Of a stretch of 64,000 nt of DNA, positions 33,501 to 42,900 are shown in pieces. Source of the DNA: Rebecca billardiae RCC1528 (Eukaryota; Protista; Haptophyta). The first letter of the stretch is position 1. Each line of letters opens with the position of its first letter. The stretch is from contig OZ251226.1 of the NCBI GenBank assembly GCA_965240325.2, positions 2,542,001 to 2,606,000 on the forward strand, read 5' to 3'. Below the pieces are notes generated by a model. The model saw nothing but the letters and a program-made list of their open reading frames with translations. It was not told where the DNA came from and searched no databases. The translations under genes were made by a program, and so were the position numbers.

Positions 33501-36500
33501 TGCGGCCGCGAGCGCGCCCGGCTCGGCGCCGCCGGCGCGCGCGGCGGGCGGCTCGGCGGGCACGCTCACGGCGAGCTCGGCGACGATGGGCTCGGCCGCG
33601 TCCACGGCGGCGCGCGCGTCGCGCAGCGCGGCGGCGCGCTCGGCCGCGAGCGCGCGCACGCCCCACCGCCGCCCGCCGAGCCACAGCGCCAGCAGCAGCT
33701 GCCGCCCCGCCCTATGCTCGTCCACCGCGCGCGCGAGCAGCGCTCGGCAAAACAGCTCGACCGCGCGCGCCCACGAGCCGCCGCGCGCGACGGTGAGCTC
33801 GAGCGCGCTGAGCGCGGGCGGCGCGGCGCGCGGCGGGAGGAGGCGGGTGAGCAGCGCGCGCGGGCCGCTGAAGCACACGTGCACGCTCAGCTCCGGCTCG
33901 GCCTCGGCGAGCGAGGCGGCGGGGGCGGTGCCGCCGGCCGCGCCGCCGAGCCAACTGGGCGCGCCCGCGGCGCCGCGCGCGCTCGCGCTCGCGCGCCCGC
34001 CGTCGAGCGCGCGCCACACCGGCGCGAGCGCGCGCGCGTCGGCGAAGAGGATGGCGCCGCGCGCGCCCCACAGCCGCGTCAGCCCGTCCGCGCCCGCCGC
34101 CTCCGCCGCCCGCCCGCCGCCGCCCACCAGCGGCGCAGTCCGGTAGACGCCCGCGCCCACGTCTGCCAGGACTGGCTCGTTAGCGCACGCGCTCAGCAGC
34201 GCGTGGTCGCTCAGACGCGCCGCGGGGAAGTGCGCCGCGGCGGCGAGGAGCCGGCCGAGCGCGACGGCGGGCGGGTGCGGCGGGAGCGAGGGCGCGCCGT
34301 AGATCTCCTCCAGGATCCCCTCCGCCGCCACGTCCACCTCCGTGTCCACGCAGTACTGCAGCAGCGCCGACTCGCGCGCGATCGGTGCCGGGTATGCGCG
34401 CCGCGCGCGCGCGTCCGCCTCCGCGGCCGTGACGCTCAGCGCGTGCTGCTCCGTCCGCGGCAGCGCGGGGAAGGGCAGCGCCGGCGCCGCGGTGGCGGAC
34501 CCCGGCGCGCCACCGCCGCCGCCGCCGGGCTCCGCCTGCGCGCCCGCGCCCCGCGCCCCCCGCGGCCGCCTCGGGAAGAGGGATCGCTCCCTGCGCCCGA
34601 CCCCGGCAGCCGGCCGGCCGGGGGGCACGGGAGGAGGCGCCGCGGACGTGGCCTCCGCCTCCGCCGCCGCCGCCGCCTCCGCCGCCGACTCGAGCCGCTC
34701 GTGCGCGTCCTGCAGCGCCGCGCGCAGCGCGGCGCAGCACGGCACCGCCGCGTGCGCGAGCGCCGACGCCGCCGCCTCGCAGCAGCGGCCGAGCGCGAGG
34801 AGCGCGGCGAGGGCGCGCACACACGCGCCGTCCGCGCCGCGCGGCCACCGCGCCGCGGCCGCGCGCGCCGCTCGGCCGGCGCGCGCGCCGCCCTCCGCCT
34901 GTGCGTCCTCCGCCGCGGCCTCGACGTCGGCGATCAGCACGCGCATCGGCGCGGCCATCGCGCCGAGCTCCACCGCAGGGCACCGCTCGAGCACCAGCCT
35001 CGTGTCGTGCGCCCACCGCGCGATCATGGCGCGCACGACCGGCAGTGCAGCGCCCAGCCGCGCGCCCGCGCCGTCGGCGCCGCTCGCGCGGGCGGCGCCG
35101 GCCGCGCCGAGCTGCTCGGCGAGCAGCAGCCTGAGGCTGTGCGCGCGCTGGCCCAGTGCGCACAGCGCGGCGGCAGGCGAGGCGAGGAGGCAGGCGCACT
35201 CGAGCAGCAGCCGGCAGCCGCCGCGCCGATGCGCCGAACCCGACGCCTCAGCGCCCGCGCGCCGCGACGGCCTCCACGCGCCGTCCGCGCCCGCGGCCGC
35301 GGCCGCCGCCGCCTCCTCCTCCTCCTCCGCCTCGGCGCGCGCCAGCCTGTCCAGCTCGTCCCCCATTGGCCCGAGCGCCACCCACATGCCGAGCTCGGCG
35401 GCGGCGATCACGTCGGCGTGCGCGGCGTACCGCGCGGCCTGCTCACCCAGCCATTTGTACGCGCCACGCAGGCTGTCGTCCAGCGCGTCGGCGTCGGCGG
35501 CGGCTGGCGGCAGAGCGAGCGAGGCCAGGAAGGCGGCGTGCTCGCGGCTCTCCACGACGCCCTCGCACAACGACAGGCCGGGCGCCTCGAGGTGGCTGCG
35601 CAGGCCGAGGCCGTCGGCGGGCGTGCGCAGGAGCAGCGGCGGCGGCGGCGGGAGCGGCGGCTCGGCTGCCGCGCCGAGCAGTGGCCCCGCGCCCAGCTCG
35701 TCCTCCGCCTCCGCCGCCTCCTCCTGGAACGCGAACTCGAACAGCTTGACGGCGCGCACGAACGCAAACGTCGGCGGCAGCCCGTGCGCGCCGCCGCGCC
35801 GCGCGTCGCGCGCGCGCGCGTGCGCAGGCTCCGGCTCGGCGGCGCGCAGCAGGAAGTGCAACTGCAGCGCGCGGCGGCCGAGCACCGCGCGGCGCGCGTC
35901 GGTGACGAAGGCGTGCCGCTGCTCCTTGAGCTCCGCCGGCGCGACGCGCAGGCCGGCGCCGACCGAGCCGCGCGCGCTCGGAGGGTCGTACCATTCGGGC
36001 CGGGCGTCCGTGCCGGCCGCGCCGACGCCGCCGACGTCCGCGCCGCCGCCGTCGCCGCCGCCGCCGCCGCCGCCGCTTCCTCCGGCGCGCGCGGGCGCGG
36101 CGACGAAGAGGCACACGTGCTCCTCCATCGCGTCGAGGCGCACCGCCTCCTGCATCACGCGCGTGATGAACGCCGTCAGCGCCGCGTCGAAGCGCGCGGG
36201 CTCCGCCGCCGCCAGGTACGTCTCGCGCACGCGCAGTTGGCGCGGGAACGGCTCGAGTCCGTCTGTGGGCGCACCCGGCGCGTGCAGGAGGTGCGAGCCG
36301 CAGAGCGCGCTGACGGCCTGCACGCGGACGCCGGCGTCGTCCGCGGCGTACGCGTCGAGCAGGCCGGTCGGGCCCAGCTCCGCGCGCACCGCCTGCACGT
36401 GCGCCAAGTGCACGCGCGCCACCACTCGCTCGAGCCCCCACACGCGCCGGTCGGCGGAAGCGCGCACGATCGTCGCGCTGCCGTCGCCCGAGTCGAGGGG

Positions 36501-36980
36501 CGGCAGCTTGTACCGCGTGGCCGGCGGCAGCGCGCGCGGCGGGTCGAAGAGCAGCGCGCGCGCCTCCTCCGTGCGCATGCCCCGCGCGAGGAACGGGTAC
36601 GGGTTGGCGGGCAGCTCCTCGTGGCTGAGCAGCCGCTGCACGCACGCGCGCAGCCGGTCCTCGATCCGCGTCTCGCGCGCGTACTGCCGGAGGACGCGCT
36701 CGCGGACGGGGGCAAGCGGCCGACGGATGGTGGGCCCGAGCGGCTCGTCGAGAGCGCGCGACGCGCCGGACGCCTCCTCGTCGTCCGCCGAAGCGAGTAC
36801 GCTGCGGCCGGACGAGGCGGCGGCCCAGTCGTCGGCGCTCCACTTGTTGCGCTTGCGCGCGGCCGCGCGCTTGGCGCGCCGAGCCGCCTGCCGGGAGGCC
36901 TCAGGAGGCGGTGACTCGGCAGATGCGGCGGCAGAGGCCGCCGCCGACACATTCGGCCGCGTGAAGAGCGCCGAGAGCAT
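32640..36980 (-). CDS. Large hypothetical protein with two Dpy-30/RIIa-like dimerisation motifs
   Basis: An ORF of about 1446 aa with genic codon bias; motifs IEDRLRACVQRLLSHEELPANPYPFLARGM and LLQYCVDTEVDVAAEGILEEIYGAPSLPPHP. Confidence 0.7.
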
Positions 36981-37505
36981 CGCCACTGCTCGCCGCGCGC
37001 GGGCTGTCCGCCATGCGCATGCAACGGCTGCAAGGCGAATTTACGTCGCGAGTTCTTTGATGGCGGCGGGTTAACTTAACTTTATTATTTTTCGACCCGC
37101 CAGGACTTGCTTTTGATTCGCGATGACATCATGCATTCGCCTTGACGGAACGACGGTTGGCCCCGCGCGGCCCCGCCATGCAGATTCCCCAAACTCACGG
37201 CCAGGCTGCGCGCAGCAGCCGAAGAGTGAGTCTCAGAGTGTGCGAGAGCTAGGCGGCGCTACTTAGGCTGACGGGTCGACAGCAGCATGCGCCTTGTACT
37301 ATGTGTGATCACTTGTGAGTTGAAGAGTCTGATGAGAGTCTGAAAGTGCGTCCTGAAGATGGGAGGCGCGATTACGCGCGCGCAGCCTGCGCCGACCCGA
37401 CCTCCTCGGGGGTCCGGTGCAGCAGTTCAGGCGCAGCGTCGGCAGCCGCGGGTGACGTTGGTCGAGCGCTTCGTCCGGCGTCGTGGCGGGAGTCGGCCTG
37501 CGCGC

Positions 37506-39206
37506 TTACACCTGAGCGAAGTGGCAGATCGTCGTCTCGATCGCGAGCGCGGTGGCGCAGAACGCGCACAGCGGCAGGCAGCCCGGCGAGCCCATGAGCG
37601 CGACGAGGCCGATCATGCCCATGATGGGCAGGTGCACGGTGATGTGCCCGTTCCAGAACGAGTCCTCGTCCAGCTTGGGGCCCGAGACCTGCGCGCCCGC
37701 GAGCTCGCCCACCTTGAGCGACTTGAGGATGATGCGCGCCTTCGCGGTGTGCCCAACGTCGTCGAACGCCTTGGTCGCGTCGCGCCCCGCCACCTCCGCC
37801 AGCACCTGCTTGCCGCCCGGGTGCTTGTCCGCGTACGTCGTCACGTCGTACACGGTGCCGCCGATCGCGATCCACGTCGACTCGGGCGACTGGTGCGCGG
37901 CGAGCTGGGCGAGGGTGATCTTGCCCTCGGCGGCGTCGGCGGCGACAAGGGCGAGCGCGGCCTCCTTCTCCTTGCGCTCCGCCTCCTCCTTCTCGATCAG
38001 CTCGACGTCGAGCGCCGTCGCCTGCGCGCCGATGAACTGCGCGCGGCCCGCCTTGCGCGAGCCGAAGACGGCGTCCCAGAGCCCGCCCGCCGCCGAGAAG
38101 GTGAAGTTGCACCGCTTCGAGCCCTCGTGGTGGAGGTCGTGGTGGTGCGGCATCTGCGAGAAGGGCAGGAGGCGCTGCAGGTTGTGCGCCACGTTGTAGT
38201 AGCACGACACGCCCGAGTGCTTCTCCAGCGACTCCATGATGCGCAGGAAGTGGATGAGGTAGTAGCCGGTGAAGTCGAGCGGGATCAGCAGCTGCGCAAA
38301 CGTGTGGCCGTAGATCGCGTTCATGAAGTTGTCGAAGGCGTGCGCCTGGTACGTGTTGCGCGAGAGCGGGTGCGTGGCCTGGTGGTGCACGCCGTGGATG
38401 TTCTTCCACTTCCACGGCACCACGTGCCCCGCGCGGTGCGCCCAGTACATCGTGAACGAGAGGCAGTACTGGTGCGCGAGCACGAGCGCGAGCCTCACCG
38501 GCCACGAGCGCGTCTTCACGCCGGCCGCCGGGTAGAAGCCGGGGACGAGGAGGTAGACGGTGAGGGCGAGCAGGGCGTCGAGCACGAGCGTCGTGCGGTC
38601 GTGCCACATCTGCGCGCGCAGGTCCTTCAGCTCGCGGCCCGTCAGGTCGCACTTCTCGCGCAGCGCGTGCTCGAGCGGCGGCTGCGTGCGGTACTGCGGC
38701 TTCGTGAAGTAGACGTACTCGAGCCAGGCGTTGTAGCTGCGGCTGAAGACGGACATGGCGAGCATCCACAGGCCGATCTCAACGAGCGTCTGCGAGCCCT
38801 CCGACGGCGTGAAGTAGCCGCCCGGGTTGAGCGCGCCGAGCGCGATGAGGCCGAACCGCGAGCCGAACTCGATCGCCGTGCTCACGACATCACCAGAGAA
38901 GAGGAGGGAGGAGAAGTGGCGGCCCTCGAGCTCCTGCTTGTCGTACAGCGTGCGTGGCTCCGGGCTGCTGGCGCCGAGCGAACGCGCGCGGGGGCGGCGG
39001 TGGGCGGGTGAGCGAGTCGCGCGAGGCACCGAGGGGGCGCGCGCGCATGCTCGCGCCGCGAGCGCGCGCGCGCGCGCGGACGGAGCGCGGCCGGGACGCG
39101 AGCGCGCGGCGGGGGGGACGCACCTCGACTCGGGCACGCTGCTCTTGGAGCGGAGCTTGACGACCGCCTCGTTCTCGTTGAGGGTGGAGACCTGCGTCAC
39201 CGGCAT
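37506..39206 (-). CDS. Fatty acid hydroxylase/sterol desaturase family enzyme with C-terminal cytochrome b5 (exons 39206-39124, about 38967-37506)
   Basis: His boxes YWAHRAGH, HGVHH, EKHSG and HHHDLHH; b5 signature WIAIGGTVYDVTTYADKHPGG...AGRDATKAFDDVGH; in-frame intron GAG|GTGCGT...CAG|CAG. Confidence 0.9.
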   Translation of the reverse strand: MPVTQVSTLNENEAVVKLRSKSSVPESRCVPPAARSRPGRAPSARARALAARACARAPSVPRATRSPAHRRPRARSLGASSPEPRTLYDKQELEGRHFSSLLFSGDVVSTAIEFGSRFGLIALGALNPGGYFTPSEGSQTLVEIGLWMLAMSVFSRSYNAWLEYVYFTKPQYRTQPPLEHALREKCDLTGRELKDLRAQMWHDRTTLVLDALLALTVYLLVPGFYPAAGVKTRSWPVRLALVLAHQYCLSFTMYWAHRAGHVVPWKWKNIHGVHHQATHPLSRNTYQAHAFDNFMNAIYGHTFAQLLIPLDFTGYYLIHFLRIMESLEKHSGVSCYYNVAHNLQRLLPFSQMPHHHDLHHEGSKRCNFTFSAAGGLWDAVFGSRKAGRAQFIGAQATALDVELIEKEEAERKEKEAALALVAADAAEGKITLAQLAAHQSPESTWIAIGGTVYDVTTYADKHPGGKQVLAEVAGRDATKAFDDVGHTAKARIILKSLKVGELAGAQVSGPKLDEDSFWNGHITVHLPIMGMIGLVALMGSPGCLPLCAFCATALAIETTICHFAQV

Positions 39207-40466
39207 CGGCTTGGGCGTTCTCGAGCACGGAGAGGTTCCTTTGGCCTGGGCGGTGGGGGCTCGAGTGGTTCGAGGTCCACACGATCTCTTCGGGCGTGCG
39301 ATGCTGGTCGCTGGAGCGGCGCGCCGACGTCTGGAACGTTGCGTTATCTGTTGATGTTGGTTGATTGCCTGGACACTTCCCTGATTCGCGCGGTTGTTTT
39401 GGATCCAGACGCGTGAGATCGTCATCTCACCAGTGGTTGTACGTGAACGTCTCGACCGCGTCGCGCCCAATCCGACGCGTTCTCTTCACTTGACGAGCGC
39501 TAACATATTCCCGCGTAGGCCATCACGATCCGCGCGGTGGCCAATGGGAGAGGTTTGTGCAAGATGAGAAGGCAGTTCTCATCTCTTCACGCCTCCCGAA
39601 GCCCTCGAAGGTCTGTATAATAATCATGTTTTACAAAATTTTGGGCAACCGACTTCTAGACATCCAGTTTAGTCAATAGCAACAAAGGGCAGAATCTCTG
39701 GACCTGGATTCCCGAAGCATCGGCCTGCACGGTCCTTTAAGTAACCGAATGTTCATGTATATACGAACGACGAGCTTGGGGTGAAGCTTCTGGTGAAGCT
39801 TCGCAGAAATCAACCTTGATTCCGCCCACGCTCCCACAGCGACGCCCTGATGAGGGCCACTCAGAATAGCCATGAGCGCGACGTCACACGCCGCTGTTGG
39901 GCAAGAAGACCACTAGTGGGGGCATGGCATCGCCCCATACCCACCCGGCCGGGTAGCCCTCTCTGCATGCCTCTCGCGACAGCCTGCAAGCCACACCGTG
40001 AGCAACGCGGCAGCCGCATTCGCCATTCGGAGCCGATCATCATGGCAGAGACAGGCACCGTTCAGAATAGAAATGGCAGGAGCTCCAGGACGCATCCGCC
40101 GCTCGTTTCTTCTCTATCGACGTCAAAGCGTTGCGTTTGCTACTCCGGCAGTGTCAGCACGCACTCACACCTGTTTTGGGCGTGCAAAGACGAGCGCGTG
40201 CAAGCTGTTGCGTTTCACTGCCGCGCAGAGCGCGCGTCGCTGACAAAGGTGGCAGAGACGACGGATGACAGCATGCCAAAGCGGCGCATGCCCTTCCAAT
40301 CAATCGGTTTCTACTTGCCCAGTTGCCCGCCATCCACCCCGGCGGACGATCCGGCGATGATGCCGCGACTCTGAGCGCCCACACGGAGGCTGGTTTGCGC
40401 CCCCACTCCCGGATCGTCACTGTCTTCGTCAGTCTCGGAACTACCGGACTTGTCGCCGGATCGCAC

Positions 40467-41570
40467 ATGCGGATGGGCGCACGCCGCCTCCGCGCGCCGC
40501 CACTTGCCGGGCAATGCCTTGCTGGGGTGCTCCTGTGCGCGTCAGCCGGCGTCGCTGCGCCGGAGACGAGCGCATCTGCGGCGGAACCCGCTCGTCCAAC
40601 AGGTTCGCCGGCCGGCAGTGAGACCCGGATGAAGAATTCGCTGGCAGACCTCAGCAACGTCCTCGGTGACCGCGCGCGCCAGCAGTGGTTCGGGCAATGG
40701 GTTGGGGCAATCATGCTTCCAAGTCAGCGCCTCGTGGTGTGCGCGCCGCCGAAGACGGGCTCGACGAGCGCCATGCGCCTACTACTCCGCATCCTTGGGC
40801 GCCGCTCTGCTCCAGAAATCTGCCGGCCGGATCTCTATGCGCCTGAGCCGACCCGAAGCGAACTCCGAAAAGATCCCGACGTGGCGAAAATACGCTGGAA
40901 CGCGGTCTCGAGGAACGCGCCGGACGAGACGAAGGCGTGGATTCACGGCTCGTGGGCGGACGCGATCAGCCTCCACGAGGCCCCGCTCCACCTGGTGAGG
41001 GAGGCGTTCACCTCTGACAAATGGACGACAGTGGCGCAGCTGAGAGACCCGTGGTGGCGAGCGGTGTCAGCGTATCGGTACCAGATACAGGTGGGCAGCA
41101 CGCGAACCAAGAGAACGCTGGACCCGAACAGTGCGTCCGACTTTGGGCTCTACACCCGCAAACACATAGGCAAGCGGCACCATGCGGGCCCCATGTCTCG
41201 GTTCTGCGCCCTGCATCAGAACTTCACCTACGATGTGATCATCGATGTCGACAGTGGCATGGAGGCGGCATGGACAGCCTTGATGGAGCGGCTGGGCCTC
41301 AACACGTCGCTTCTGCTCACGGGGTGGGAGACGTGCGGATCAGCGCGCCTCATGGCCGTCGAGCACGCGGACGGCATCAACGCCGGCCGATGGCAGCCCT
41401 CCACTGCGCTCACCACGGCAGAGCGTCAGCGGAAGATCGACGAGGTCATGTGCAACAATCAAACCGCAGCGGCGGTGGCTGCTCGGTACGCGGAGGACTA
41501 TCGCATGGTGAGGCGCCAGGGCATGGCGTTGCAGTCGGCGCCACACTCGTGCGTGCACCAACGCCATTAA
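40467..41570 (+). CDS. Carbohydrate sulfotransferase (Sulfotransfer_2, CHST/HNK-1-like)
   Basis: Motifs VCAPPKTGSTS, LRDPWWRAVSAY, HAGPMSRFC...YDVI and RYAEDY; the start is placed at the ATG preceding the hydrophobic anchor (the ORF is open from 40323). Confidence 0.82.
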   Translation: MRMGARRLRAPPLAGQCLAGVLLCASAGVAAPETSASAAEPARPTGSPAGSETRMKNSLADLSNVLGDRARQQWFGQWVGAIMLPSQRLVVCAPPKTGSTSAMRLLLRILGRRSAPEICRPDLYAPEPTRSELRKDPDVAKIRWNAVSRNAPDETKAWIHGSWADAISLHEAPLHLVREAFTSDKWTTVAQLRDPWWRAVSAYRYQIQVGSTRTKRTLDPNSASDFGLYTRKHIGKRHHAGPMSRFCALHQNFTYDVIIDVDSGMEAAWTALMERLGLNTSLLLTGWETCGSARLMAVEHADGINAGRWQPSTALTTAERQRKIDEVMCNNQTAAAVAARYAEDYRMVRRQGMALQSAPHSCVHQRH

Positions 41571-41641
41571 TTCCGTGCGCGCGCTGAATAATCATTTTAC
41601 GTTTTTAATCAGCCACGGGGCAGGTCTGCACCCAGCTACGA

Positions 41642-42535
41642 ATGGCGATGAACCGCCTCGTCGTGTTCGTGGCGGCGCTCTGCCCCACCACACATGCTCT
41701 CGTTCATCCACACGCACCGCGGCTCGTCACAGGAGCTATGATGCGTCCACCTACCGTCAGGGCTCATCACTTGCGGCCGACGCCGGCCATGTCGAGCGAT
41801 GCTGTGAGCGGCGAGGGCACCAGCCCGGCAACTCCTCCGCCAACGGTGCTCGAGACAGCCGCGGCGATCGACTTGGTCGATGTGGTGAAGTATGCTTTCG
41901 CGACGAGCACGCAGTTTGGCCTTGTCTACGCTGTCTTTCGCGCGCTCGATCACGTCGGCTTTGGCTCGCTCCCGACGGCGTGCGTGCCGCCTCTGTTTGC
42001 CTTCCTGAGCCTGCGCTCGCGCATCTTCTCGCCTCTCGACAACCGTCGGCCCGACCGGAAGGCGCAGGGTGGCGCCGCGACGCCCGCGACGACAAAGCGT
42101 CCCAGCTGGACGCCACCGGGCATTGCATTTCCCATCATCTGGTCGACGATCTCCCTGCTTCGCACGATCTCTGCAACGATCGTGTGGCGCGCCACCGGCC
42201 GCTCGCTCGCGTGCGTCCCGCTGCTCGCGCTGGTGGCGCACCTGTGCGTGGGCGACACATGGAACTCGATCACCAACGCTGAACGGCGGCTTGGGGTGAG
42301 CTTCACCGCCGTCTTTGGCGTGCTCGCCAGTGTCTACTACGCCGTGTACCGCTTCTACCAAGTGTCGCACGTCGCTGGCTACATCCTGGCGCCTTCGGCT
42401 GTGTGGATCTCGATTGCGACCGTGCTCACTGGCACGATCTGGAACATCAACACGCCTCGCCAGCCTCTCTGGCCCGTGCGCGGAGACGGTAAGTCGAGTG
42501 GGCTGCGCATGCCTTTCACCTCGATCAGCCGCTAG
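41642..42535 (+). CDS. TSPO: TspO/MBR tryptophan-rich sensory protein, probably plastid-targeted
   Basis: Motifs KRPSWTPPGIAFPIIWSTI, GDTWNSI and AGYILAPSAVWISIATVLTGTIWNIN; bipartite leader. Confidence 0.9.
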   Translation: MAMNRLVVFVAALCPTTHALVHPHAPRLVTGAMMRPPTVRAHHLRPTPAMSSDAVSGEGTSPATPPPTVLETAAAIDLVDVVKYAFATSTQFGLVYAVFRALDHVGFGSLPTACVPPLFAFLSLRSRIFSPLDNRRPDRKAQGGAATPATTKRPSWTPPGIAFPIIWSTISLLRTISATIVWRATGRSLACVPLLALVAHLCVGDTWNSITNAERRLGVSFTAVFGVLASVYYAVYRFYQVSHVAGYILAPSAVWISIATVLTGTIWNINTPRQPLWPVRGDGKSSGLRMPFTSISR

Positions 42536-42900
42536 AGCCACTGTGGCACCATCATCACACTCATCGTCCGCCGCCTCGTCACTGCATCATCAAGTCGACT
42601 AAGCTACTCTCCGCCAGTCTACTCGATCGCATCAGCCGCACGTACAATAACCTACGGCCATGTGACGTATAGATTACGACTCGACGAGTCACTGACAGTG
42701 TGAGTACTGAGTGTCACTCATATCAGTCGTGACAGCATCGCGTCATATCATCTATATATATATCACGACTAACTTCGGCATCACTGTATTAACAGGCGTG
42801 GCGCGCCTGAGTACTAAGCTAGTCGTGGCCCGCCAGTAGCACTAGCAGCAAGTCGCAACGAACGCATCAGGTAGCGGACGGCCACGAGACTCACGCACGC

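Noticed and set aside
32676-37074. Very long + strand ORFs (1412 aa, 910 aa) and similar giant antisense ORFs across the window (e.g. 17017-19575, 22969-25248, 54810-58034)
   Set aside because: They are antisense or off-frame shadows of real genes. Extreme GC removes stop codons, and the translations are Arg/Ala/Gly low-complexity with no motifs.
39850-40374. 174-aa ORF upstream of the sulfotransferase
   Set aside because: No motif or codon bias; probably promoter/UTR sequence.
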